Source: a virus. Taken from it: 64,000 nt of DNA. The notes below the pieces were generated by a model, which saw only the letters and a program-made list of their open reading frames with translations, did no database searches and was not told the DNA's origin. Each line of letters starts with the position of its first letter. Positions within the stretch are counted from its first letter, which is position 1. The translations under genes and the position numbers were made by a program. Below are positions 10,858 to 19,573 of this stretch, piece by piece. The stretch lies in IMG/VR virus record IMGVR_UViG_3300032050_000024, positions 66,640 to 130,639 of that record. One strand, written 5' to 3'.

Positions 10858-12081
10858 TTATCCAACATAAATACGTAATGGTGCTTTTGATAACAATTCC
10901 ATCATCTGAGTTGCTTCAGCATTTTGTCGTGTTAACATTTGCTCTTTTGTCATTTTTTCTAAAAATTCTCGAAGTTGTGTTATCAATTCACCTTTTTCGG
11001 TTTGTCCTTGTGAAACTAAATCAGAACCGTTAAGTGTTACTTCGCCATTGGGTATAGGTACTGATGAATATTTATTACGTACATAACCTAACATTTCTTT
11101 TACAAGTGCAATACCATATCTCAATATCCAAGCACGCCCCATATCATTAATGCTACTGTAGGTTTGATAGGTATATGGTATATTTGATGCGTCACTTACA
11201 ACACCGTTTAGAAGTGCTGTATTACCAAATAAAACAGCTTGTTTGTTTTTTTCTTCTTCAAACAAGAATTCAAACCAAACTTGTCCGTAAAATGGAGTTG
11301 CAGCTGTACCTTGCGTTCCTGGTACGGGATAAATACGTATATCGTCGCCATGTATATCAAAAGAAAAATGTGACTTACGTATTTGATCGTTAAATTCAAT
11401 TGCTTGTAATCGAAGTAAATCTGCGTGAATTGGCATCATCATGAAATTTACCGATGGAGAAAATCCACCAAAATCAAATGCATCCAATAAGCCTTGAGAA
11501 CCTAAACCAGTACCAACATATGGATCAAAGTAACGAATAATTGCCGGTGGTGGATTATGTAACACGCGTCGTATTTCAATTGAACTTGTATTACTTAAAG
11601 TTATTCCTAATGATGCAGATACTGCTTCTCTAATACTATACGTTTGTTTGCCATTAACTACATCAAATGAAGCAGAATACCATCTTACATTTCCTCCAGA
11701 TTCGGCTTCAGTTCCATATGCTTTACTTAATTTAACAATATAAGATAATGAATTGCCAATTGGTCGACCCGTTAAACCTTGAGATCCTAAAAAATCAGAA
11801 CCTGTTGGTAATCCCATGGTACTAACCAATGAATTAACAATATTAACTTGATTAACTTGATTTGAATATTCAATTACTGATTGTTCAAAAGCTGTATAAA
11901 AATTTACATCTTGAAGTTCAACATCCATTATAGGATATCCTACAACTCGTGCTGCTGCTACTGCAAATTTATCTGCATGGTCTTGGAACATTGGATCGGT
12001 GTCGAAATATCCAAATGGTGTTGAACCAGTAGTAAATGATGAGCTACCAGGCCATATTGGTTTATCTACACTATAATCCAT
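10858..12081 (-). CDS. Neck/head-tail adaptor protein (T4 gp13-like)
   Basis: LGYP-like VGYPIMDVEL N-terminus and WILRYGIALVKEMLGYVRNKY...IPNGEVTLNG C-terminus typical of gp13-like adaptors. Confidence 0.7.
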   Translation of the reverse strand: MDYSVDKPIWPGSSSFTTGSTPFGYFDTDPMFQDHADKFAVAAARVVGYPIMDVELQDVNFYTAFEQSVIEYSNQVNQVNIVNSLVSTMGLPTGSDFLGSQGLTGRPIGNSLSYIVKLSKAYGTEAESGGNVRWYSASFDVVNGKQTYSIREAVSASLGITLSNTSSIEIRRVLHNPPPAIIRYFDPYVGTGLGSQGLLDAFDFGGFSPSVNFMMMPIHADLLRLQAIEFNDQIRKSHFSFDIHGDDIRIYPVPGTQGTAATPFYGQVWFEFLFEEEKNKQAVLFGNTALLNGVVSDASNIPYTYQTYSSINDMGRAWILRYGIALVKEMLGYVRNKYSSVPIPNGEVTLNGSDLVSQGQTEKGELITQLREFLEKMTKEQMLTRQNAEATQMMELLSKAPLRIYVG

Positions 12082-12104
12082 GGAAATTCCTTTTTATATA
12101 AATA

Positions 12105-12770
12105 TCAATATCTTTCATTTAAGAGTCGCAAAATTTCATCTAATGCTGCATGACGATGATTATCTGTTAAAATAATTTCATTAACAAACTGAGACTTAGT
12201 TAGTTTTGGAACTTCGTGAACTGCTGAATCATTTGCAAATTTTAAATCTATTTGATATCTATCTCCAGTTAATATCATGATGCTATCTTTACCTAATCTA
12301 GATAAAACCATTTGTAATTGTTGTTTAGTTAAGTTTTGAAACTCATCTACAATACAAATTGCATTATCAAAAGTTCTGCCTCGAAAATGTGCTAAAGAAA
12401 CTAATTCAATGTTTTCTTCTTTTTCCATTTTGTCTAATATTTCCGGTTTATTATAAACTTTACGCATATTGCTACGTAATGGAACTAGCCACGGATCCAT
12501 TTTTTCTGCCAATGAACCGGGCAAAAATCCATTGTCTTCATTTGATACCGTAGGACGTGTTATAATAATTTTATTGATTCTTCGTTTAAAAAACATATCC
12601 AATGCAATTTGAACTGCTAACAATGTTTTACCAGAACCGGCTTTTCCTAAAACAAAGTTAAATGGCGTTTCTATTATTTTTGCCTTTGCTTCTTTTTGTT
12701 CTTCTGAAAGTGAAATTGAATATTTAATATCATTCTTAGGTGGAGTTTTTTCCTTATTTTGAGTAGCCAT
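12105..12770 (-). CDS. phoH: PhoH-like ATPase
   Basis: Walker A GKAGSGKT, GFLPGSLAEKMDPW, RGRTF, DEFQN, LSRLG, GDRYQID motifs. Confidence 0.93.
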   Translation of the reverse strand: MATQNKEKTPPKNDIKYSISLSEEQKEAKAKIIETPFNFVLGKAGSGKTLLAVQIALDMFFKRRINKIIITRPTVSNEDNGFLPGSLAEKMDPWLVPLRSNMRKVYNKPEILDKMEKEENIELVSLAHFRGRTFDNAICIVDEFQNLTKQQLQMVLSRLGKDSIMILTGDRYQIDLKFANDSAVHEVPKLTKSQFVNEIILTDNHRHAALDEILRLLNERY

Positions 12771-12785
12771 AACTTGTCCTTTTTT

Positions 12786-13061
12786 TTAATGTAATTTTGT
12801 AAGTGTCGATTCTTGTAGAGTCATGTCTTTAAGTGTTTCAATTTTACCTAAACACATTTTTCTAACTGCGTGAAATGATTCTCTAGGAGAATATGGAGTC
12901 ATGATTTTTATTGTAACACGTTCTTTATCTGGTCCTAAATCTTGTTCAATATGAACCATTAAAACTAAACGTACTGCACGAATTCTGTCTAATACGTCAA
13001 TTAATCGACCATCATAACGAATAATCGCTTCCATGGAATATTTGTTTCTTTCTACTGCCAT
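12786..13061 (-). CDS. Hypothetical protein
   Basis: 91 aa ORF with ATATTTAT motif 10 nt upstream. Confidence 0.65.
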   Translation of the reverse strand: MAVERNKYSMEAIIRYDGRLIDVLDRIRAVRLVLMVHIEQDLGPDKERVTIKIMTPYSPRESFHAVRKMCLGKIETLKDMTLQESTLTKLH

Positions 13062-13087
13062 ATCTTTATAATAAATATTTGAATAGT

Positions 13088-13117
13088 AAAAAAGGGATGA
13101 CCGGAGCCACCCCTTTT
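13088..13117 (-). terminator. Intrinsic terminator after the major capsid gene
   Basis: Minus strand GGGGTGGC-TCCG-GTCATCCC followed by TTTTTT. Confidence 0.85.
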
Positions 13118-13167
13118 CCTTAATTAGTTAAGTCTTTAAATCAATTAAAAATTAATTCAATTAACTA

Positions 13168-14829
13168 TTAAAGAGTTTCTAATCCACGTACATATACTTT
13201 ACCGTAGAACTCTGGACGAACCACTTTCTTAGCGTAACGTGTCATAACACCTTTACGTGGAGTGAAATTAACTGGATCGTATACCAATGGAGTCATGATA
13301 AGTGGAATATACGGACTAAATACAGCACCTGTTTCAAGGAATTGACTTCCTCTGAAGCCCATAAGGATGATGTTTTCTTTCATGTATGGGTTTTTGTATA
13401 CCGTATAACGATTATTGATTGCACCAATTTTTTGAACACCGGCAGCAAATTCTAATTTAGTACCATCTGTGTCTGCAGCAAATCCCGGGATAGACTCAAG
13501 AATAGTTGCTACTGCAGGAGATGTAACTAAGAAATTAGCACCACCACGTAATGTTTTTTGGTGAATCTTGTTACTTACTTTTTGAAGTTTAGTACCAAGA
13601 GTCTGGAACCATCCGCCTTGAGTGTTATAGAATCCACCATTCGTAGCAGTTTGTGCTAAGAAATTAGTACCTGTCCAAATTTCATTGTTAATAGCTGACC
13701 AATACTCAGTTGTTGGAGCTGCTGCAATCAACATATCAAGGATTTCAAGATCGATTTCCATTGATACATACTCAGAAAGCATTGAAGTCAATTCAGCTTC
13801 AGCATCAATTGAGTGATAAGCGTTCAAATCTTGAGCAAACTCAGGTGTCCAAACTGCTTTCAACTTACGTGTTTTAGCAACGATTGGCTCTGATTGAAGC
13901 TCTAGGTTCAATTCTGGGATGTCAATATCTGTACCATCATCGATACCTGTATTAGCACCTGATCCTTTAAATGGATTAGTATCTTCAAAATCACCTCTTG
14001 TAATATCAGTTGGTTGTTTGCTATATGTTACTGTATAATTAGCAGTACCATTTAAGTTTGCAGACGCTGAAACTACAAATTCAATTTTACCAGTTGACGC
14101 ATTAAATTTAGTAAATGCAGGAACATTCATTGCAGTGGTTAAATTTGAACCAGATGCTAATGTAAATGATCTAACTGCAGTTAAATCTGCGCTTGTTAAT
14201 GAACCAGTTGATACATAAACAACTGAATATCCTGTTAATGCATTTGTATATGCAGAATCAAAATTAACTGAACCTGAACCTGCAGATGCAGCTGAAGCAG
14301 TTGTTGCAGCAACGCCAGTCGCAGTTGCATCATTAATTGAATACCCGAAACGACCTGCGCCATAAAGACCTCCTGTTGGATCGCCAGTTGTATTAGTTAC
14401 ACCGAATAATGAATCATCAGATTCAGGTGAACCAAATGGATGCCCGTTAGTAGATACTGGATCTGCTTGATCTGAAGTAAATCCTGGCTGAGCTGTACCA
14501 TATTTAAAGTCTAAGTAAAATACTAGACCTGATGGCAAGTTCATTGGTTGTACTGATACAAATTCTTTTGCAGCAAATTCAGCAAAGATACGACGTACCA
14601 ATGGAAGTGCTACACCAGCCCACTCTTCAGATCCTTCTGCTGTACCTGTTTGTGAAGCTTCTTTTACTAATTGCCTTGCTTGGTTTTCAAGCAATTGAGC
14701 CATACCTGCTCTTTCTGTCTCATTTCTAAGACCTTCTAAAAGTCCTGTTCTTTCCCACTTTGCAACGGTTGCAACTGATGCAGCACGTTGAGAAGCGTCT
14801 GGACTTTGTAATAATGAATTTAAACTCAT
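13168..14829 (-). CDS. gp23: Major capsid protein (T4 gp23-like)
   Basis: KW...LLENQ, LPLVRR, VSVQPMNLPSGLVFYL, AKTRKLKAVWTPEFAQDLNAYH, YIPL, PRKGVMTRY motifs. Confidence 0.96.
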   Translation of the reverse strand: MSLNSLLQSPDASQRAASVATVAKWERTGLLEGLRNETERAGMAQLLENQARQLVKEASQTGTAEGSEEWAGVALPLVRRIFAEFAAKEFVSVQPMNLPSGLVFYLDFKYGTAQPGFTSDQADPVSTNGHPFGSPESDDSLFGVTNTTGDPTGGLYGAGRFGYSINDATATGVAATTASAASAGSGSVNFDSAYTNALTGYSVVYVSTGSLTSADLTAVRSFTLASGSNLTTAMNVPAFTKFNASTGKIEFVVSASANLNGTANYTVTYSKQPTDITRGDFEDTNPFKGSGANTGIDDGTDIDIPELNLELQSEPIVAKTRKLKAVWTPEFAQDLNAYHSIDAEAELTSMLSEYVSMEIDLEILDMLIAAAPTTEYWSAINNEIWTGTNFLAQTATNGGFYNTQGGWFQTLGTKLQKVSNKIHQKTLRGGANFLVTSPAVATILESIPGFAADTDGTKLEFAAGVQKIGAINNRYTVYKNPYMKENIILMGFRGSQFLETGAVFSPYIPLIMTPLVYDPVNFTPRKGVMTRYAKKVVRPEFYGKVYVRGLETL

Positions 14830-14862
14830 CGTTTGTTCTCCTTTGTTTTTTTGTTTTTTAAA

Positions 14863-15924
14863 TTAAATTAATCCTGCCAATTTTTTCCAACGATTTGCCA
14901 TTTCAAATCCTTCAGATAAAATTTGCGTTGTTTGTTGTGATGGGGCAGTGGTTCTATGTGGACGAGATGCGGCTGATTCTTTAACCATTCTTCTTTTTTG
15001 AGTTGGTTTATTAAAGCTTTCAGCTAATGTAGCAAATACTAATTTTGCTTCTCGTGTTGAAACTGCTCTATCAAAGTTTTCAATAACTTTCATTTTTTGA
15101 CTTTCGTTCAATTCAAAGTTACGGAACAACTTGTTTGTATAAAGAAGTTTTGCATTAAGAAGATTAACTTCATTAATAACTGACTTAAGATACTTAACAG
15201 TTTTGTATGCTTCTTTAAGTTGTTGGTCTTGCTGGGCAACTGTAGCTTCTAATTCTTCATTTTCTTTAGCTAATAGTTCCGGATCTTGTTCAGTAGGCTC
15301 CGTTGCCATTTCTTCTTCGCGAAGGATTGCTTCAATGATTGAGTCAATTGATTCATTTGTATAATCATACTCAGCATCCATTTCCATTCCTTCTGGAAGT
15401 TCTTCATCATACCCTTCCATAGCAGGTTCTGTAGTTGGTTCAGTCATTGGTTCATCCATAGACGGTTCTGTTTCTTCTAATTCTCTAAGAATTTCTTCTA
15501 GATTTAGATCATCTTCTTCTGCACCCGCTTCCATTTCTTCATCACCCATTTCCATTTCTTCTGCACCCGCTTCCATTTCTTCATCGCCACCTAACATACC
15601 TGTTAAGTCATAATCTCCGTCATCATTAAAATCTAATCCGACGTTTACTGAAGTAGGGAAATCTTCCATTCCAGCTTCTGCACCTGCTTCCATTCCAGCT
15701 TCTGCACCTGCTTCCATTCCAGCTTCTGCACCTGCTTCCATTCCAGCTTCTGCATCCATGTCCATTTCTTCATCTTCAATTTCTGCAATCAATTTCGAGT
15801 GAAGCATACTTTCTAAACGTGGAGCGAAAGCTTCTTGTAATGCAATTTTTGCGTTTGCTAATGCTGTTTCTTTAACTGCTTTAGCATCAGCGATTGCTTG
15901 TTTTAGCAAATCTGATTTTGCCAT
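14863..15924 (-). CDS. Prohead core scaffolding protein (T4 gp22-like)
   Basis: Very acidic coiled-coil protein directly upstream of the capsid gene; many L/I-x-E sites; ends RWKKLAGL. Confidence 0.8.
   Translation of the reverse strand: MAKSDLLKQAIADAKAVKETALANAKIALQEAFAPRLESMLHSKLIAEIEDEEMDMDAEAGMEAGAEAGMEAGAEAGMEAGAEAGMEDFPTSVNVGLDFNDDGDYDLTGMLGGDEEMEAGAEEMEMGDEEMEAGAEEDDLNLEEILRELEETEPSMDEPMTEPTTEPAMEGYDEELPEGMEMDAEYDYTNESIDSIIEAILREEEMATEPTEQDPELLAKENEELEATVAQQDQQLKEAYKTVKYLKSVINEVNLLNAKLLYTNKLFRNFELNESQKMKVIENFDRAVSTREAKLVFATLAESFNKPTQKRRMVKESAASRPHRTTAPSQQTTQILSEGFEMANRWKKLAGLI
15666..15753. repeat. 24-bp tandem repeat (EAGMEAGA) in the scaffold gene
   Basis: tccattccagcttctgcacctgct repeated about 3.5 times. 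Confidence 0.85.
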
Positions 15925-16063
15925 ACTAGTTCTCCTTAAATTTTGTTTTTTGGAAATAAGATTATTTGTAAATCTTAATAAGAATAAATATTGTTATATT
16001 AACGCTATATAAAGAAAGAATAGCGTATTCTACAATAAATATAACAATGATTGAAAAAACAGT

Positions 16064-16095
16064 AAAAAAGTCCTAACTTTTTATAGTTAAGACTT
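16064..16095 (-). terminator. Intrinsic terminator after bS21
   Basis: Minus strand AAGTCTTAACT-ATAAAA-AGTTAGGACTT then TTTT. Confidence 0.7.
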
Positions 16096-16115
16096 AAAAT
16101 TTCTTAAAAATTTAT

Positions 16116-16361
16116 TTAATCTCTATGTAAATCTTTTATTTTTTGAATATAACGAGCGTCAATTAATTGTTTTCTACGTTTAACACATGGCTTAGTAAAA
16201 GTTTTATTATCTTTAATTTTTTCTAAAACTCCAGAGGATTTTACTTTTCTTTTAAAAATTTTCATTGCTTGTGCAAAATCTTCTCGTGTTGATCCTACTA
16301 CATTTACGGCCGTAGCGTGGCCTGGTACAATTGCTTTGTGTTGTTTCTGTTTTTTACTCAT
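16116..16361 (-). CDS. rpsU: Phage-encoded ribosomal protein bS21 homolog
   Basis: V.V...DFAQAMKIFKRKVKSSGVLEKIKDNKTFTKPCVKRRK matches the bS21 pattern (ALRRFKR...G.L.E.R.R..YEKPS..RK); 81 aa, basic. Confidence 0.85.
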   Translation of the reverse strand: MSKKQKQHKAIVPGHATAVNVVGSTREDFAQAMKIFKRKVKSSGVLEKIKDNKTFTKPCVKRRKQLIDARYIQKIKDLHRD

Positions 16362-16371
16362 ATATAAATTA

Positions 16372-16875
16372 TTAAATTTTTCTTATTGTACGTTTTATAG
16401 GAGCTGGTGCTGCAGTTTGTTCACCTCTTACTTTGAACTTAAATGCTGATAATTCTAAACGCTGTGCAAAATAGCCTTGAATTCGTTGTGCATCTTTTTC
16501 TGGATCTTCTCCTAATCTAAAATAAAAATAACCATTTTTTCCATTTTTAGATATAGTTCTTTTAATTATAGTAAAACCTTTTTTTTCAGCCCATGCTTTG
16601 ATGTCATCAGAAACTTCTTGTGCTTGCGCTGGATCTTTAATAGCATATACTACGCCACCTTGATATTCGTCAATTCCGTTAATCAATTTGGCTTCATCAA
16701 CAATTTCTTCATCAATTGTTTTGTTAATTGCAGTTCTGCGTTTTTTTAAGTATTTATCCGTTTTATCCGTTTTGCCATCGTTATTAATATCAGAATCTTC
16801 TTTACCAACAGCATCCATTTTTGATTCTGCTAATCCAAAAAATTCTCGATATAATTTTTTAAGCGTATTCATCAT
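16372..16875 (-). CDS. Hypothetical head-region protein with DxDxNNDG loop
   Basis: 167 aa; DAVGKEDSDINNDGKTDKTDKYLKKRR motif; LAE site near the N-terminus. Confidence 0.65.
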   Translation of the reverse strand: MMNTLKKLYREFFGLAESKMDAVGKEDSDINNDGKTDKTDKYLKKRRTAINKTIDEEIVDEAKLINGIDEYQGGVVYAIKDPAQAQEVSDDIKAWAEKKGFTIIKRTISKNGKNGYFYFRLGEDPEKDAQRIQGYFAQRLELSAFKFKVRGEQTAAPAPIKRTIRKI

Positions 16876-16885
16876 ACTTACCTTT

Positions 16886-16914
16886 ATTATAATAAATTAA
16901 TTTATAATGTCCAA
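16886..16914 (-). promoter_or_regulatory. Sigma70-type promoter TTGGAC-N17-TATAAT upstream of the 16372 gene and bS21
   Basis: Exact 17-nt spacing; same consensus at seven other sites. Confidence 0.65.
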
Positions 16915-16915
16915 A

Positions 16916-17323
16916 TTAACGAACATCATAATATTTACTTAACCCTTCCCTAATATCTTCACACGCAGCTTCCATTCTACGTTCGTTAATCATTACTTCA
17001 TTAGCACATTTTTGCATTTCAGCCATGGCTTTATTTACATATTCTAAGTGTCGTTTAGCAGATACTTTTTCTACTACATCATCATCAGACTCAGTAATCA
17101 TTCTTCCTGCAGTTTCGACTATTTTAGAAATTTGTTCAACAGCCATTTTTAGTCGTTCGCCACGTGCACGCAATGTTTCAGTCATTGCAGAAAACGAATT
17201 TAATCCTTCTGCAAACGCTCGTTTTTCTTCAAGAGATAATGGTTGCGGTTGTTCTCCAAATACCGTTTCTTTTTGTTGTTTTTCGTATAATAAATCTCGT
17301 AATGTTTGTAATTTGCTTTTCAT
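16916..17323 (-). CDS. Hypothetical coiled-coil head-region protein
   Basis: 135 aa ORF in the head operon. Confidence 0.65.
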   Translation of the reverse strand: MKSKLQTLRDLLYEKQQKETVFGEQPQPLSLEEKRAFAEGLNSFSAMTETLRARGERLKMAVEQISKIVETAGRMITESDDDVVEKVSAKRHLEYVNKAMAEMQKCANEVMINERRMEAACEDIREGLSKYYDVR

Positions 17324-17326
17324 TTT

Positions 17327-17956
17327 TTATATCCTACATTTTCCATCTTCACATAATATTGATGTAATGATGCTGTTTACGTTAGCGTATTTATTTATTG
17401 TTATATTTTTATTTGTTGATTCATTCATCTTTGTAGGCCGCATAAAAGCTCCATGTGTTGAAGGATTTGAAACGAAGTCCCAACAAATTAATTCAAAATC
17501 TTCTTGTACTTCTACTACGCCTTCATTACGTAATTCTTTAACAGAACCTAATCCTCTACTAGATATACCTAATGTAATACCAGCTTTAAAAAGTGATTTT
17601 AAAATATTACCTGACGGGGTATCTAAAATTTGAACAGCTCCGCATAAATCATCACCTTTCCACCATATTTTTAAAACATTATGTGAAACGTTATTCAAGT
17701 TAACAACAGATGATTCTGGATGATCTAATTCTCCTAATGCTCTATGTTGATCAATATATTCTTTTTGATATCGATTACATTCTCGTTCTAAAATACGTTT
17801 AGGATATACTCTTCCATTTTGATTTTTTGCACCTGCTCTTTGTAAAACTCCTTGCACAACAAAACCGCCAGGTATTCCATATGCAGCACCAGATTGTTCA
17901 TTTAATGAACCTACGGGTTTGAATGGCATATATTCTACTATTAACGCTTTTGACAT
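17327..17956 (-). CDS. gp21: Prohead protease (T4 gp21-like)
   Basis: NQNGRVYP, ALGELDHP, VSH, ILDTPSG, LGISSRGLGS, DFVSNPS motifs. Confidence 0.95.
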   Translation of the reverse strand: MSKALIVEYMPFKPVGSLNEQSGAAYGIPGGFVVQGVLQRAGAKNQNGRVYPKRILERECNRYQKEYIDQHRALGELDHPESSVVNLNNVSHNVLKIWWKGDDLCGAVQILDTPSGNILKSLFKAGITLGISSRGLGSVKELRNEGVVEVQEDFELICWDFVSNPSTHGAFMRPTKMNESTNKNITINKYANVNSIITSILCEDGKCRI

Positions 17957-17957
17957 A

Positions 17958-18692
17958 TTATTCTCCTAATGCTCTTACTCGTTCTGAAATTTTTATTAAT
18001 CGTTCTGAAATTTTTGTTAATGCAGTATTTACAGATTTTCCATAGCCGTCTCGAGCCATTCCAGATTCTGTTTTTAATCTTGCTGTATTTGAAACTAGTT
18101 CTTCAACTTGGCGTAAACGTTTAGCTACTTCTTTAATAGTATGTTTTATTTTTGATTCTGGAGTTATTTTTGGATCACCAGTAGCAAATTGTTTATATGA
18201 CTCTATAAGTTGTTCGTATTTTGATTCCATCATTTCATGAACTTGATTTCTTTTTTTAATTCCAGACCAATCATATTCTACATCAAAATCTTCATGCATA
18301 TCTGCAGATCTATCATCAAATTTTTTATATTTTTTTGCAAATGGAACAGATGGATATTGATATTTTGCATGTTGCCATTTAGCATCATCAGAATATGCAA
18401 ATTTATCCATATATTCTTCTTGATCTGATTCAGGCCGTTGTGATTGTCCAGGTTTATATGTTGCCGGGGTTCGAACAGATTCGTGAACTCGTTCATAACC
18501 TAAAACTTCAACGGTATCATCATCTGCCGGAGAGAATGCATTTGGGGTCATATATGCACCTGCACCTCCTGAAGTAGAAATTTCATCCAATTCTTCTTCT
18601 GTTAATTCATTATTAGCAATACGATTAACAATATCATCAGTTTTATCGATAGCTTCAAATGCTTCTTCTATTTGTTGTAAGAATGTTTTCAT
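17958..18692 (-). CDS. Putative prohead core/internal protein
   Basis: Acidic 244 aa protein between portal and protease; begins MKTFLQQIEE, resembling the T4 internal-protein targeting leader. Confidence 0.55.
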   Translation of the reverse strand: MKTFLQQIEEAFEAIDKTDDIVNRIANNELTEEELDEISTSGGAGAYMTPNAFSPADDDTVEVLGYERVHESVRTPATYKPGQSQRPESDQEEYMDKFAYSDDAKWQHAKYQYPSVPFAKKYKKFDDRSADMHEDFDVEYDWSGIKKRNQVHEMMESKYEQLIESYKQFATGDPKITPESKIKHTIKEVAKRLRQVEELVSNTARLKTESGMARDGYGKSVNTALTKISERLIKISERVRALGE

Positions 18693-19549
18693 TTGTGTAT
18701 CTCATTTAATTCATCAACCAAATCCATATATCTCATTAGGTTTAATATATGAGATTCTTTTAATCGTTTAATTGTTTCTACATTGCAAAGCATTTCTGAA
18801 AGTTTTTCTACTTTAATTTTTACAACTTTATCTGTAATATGTTTTGACTGTTCAAAAAGTTGTTTTTTAATTGTAGGTATAACTTTTTGAACATAATTAC
18901 GTAATGCTTCAGTATCGTTAACATGCGTAATATATTTGTTTAATAGTTGTTTTTGAGATTCAGACAATATTTCTGAATATGTACTATTAAATTTATCAAC
19001 AAGTAATTTATATGTTAATAAACGAACATCTTTTGGTTGTTTAGAAAATGTTTCTAGTATTGGATCTTTTGGTTGAGTTTGTTTTGACTTTGGCATTGCA
19101 TGTTCTAATAAAACTGATTTACATTGCATTAATTGTTTTGGATTATCAGTTTCTTCATATTCAAATAACATGTAAATTGAAGCTAATTCTTTATAGTTAT
19201 TTATATGAATTTTAGACATATTTTCAAAAACAAAGTTTTCAGAAATTTCTTTAACTAAGTTATATTTTTGTCTATTTAAAACAGTTCGATTCAATTTTTT
19301 ATGCGTATCTTTAACCGTACGAATAAAATCTAAAGCTCGAGCTTCTGTTTTATGTTGTTCTTTTATTAATGCATTATACAATTGTAATTCTTTAGATAAT
19401 TCAGTATTTTTACCAAAATATTTTTTTATAATGTCTATAGTTGTAGATTTATCTGAAGTTAATGTTTCTGAAGTTAGTTTACGTACTAACATTTCAAACA
19501 ATATGCCGGTGTTTTTGTATTTTGAATGTTTTAATTTTTTCATATCCAA
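18689..19549 (-). CDS. Hypothetical protein downstream of portal
   Basis: 286 aa, KHSKYKNTGILFE N-terminus; ATATTTAT motif upstream. Confidence 0.7.
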   Translation of the reverse strand: MDMKKLKHSKYKNTGILFEMLVRKLTSETLTSDKSTTIDIIKKYFGKNTELSKELQLYNALIKEQHKTEARALDFIRTVKDTHKKLNRTVLNRQKYNLVKEISENFVFENMSKIHINNYKELASIYMLFEYEETDNPKQLMQCKSVLLEHAMPKSKQTQPKDPILETFSKQPKDVRLLTYKLLVDKFNSTYSEILSESQKQLLNKYITHVNDTEALRNYVQKVIPTIKKQLFEQSKHITDKVVKIKVEKLSEMLCNVETIKRLKESHILNLMRYMDLVDELNEIHK

Positions 19550-19573
19550 TATGATATTTTTAAAATAAATATG

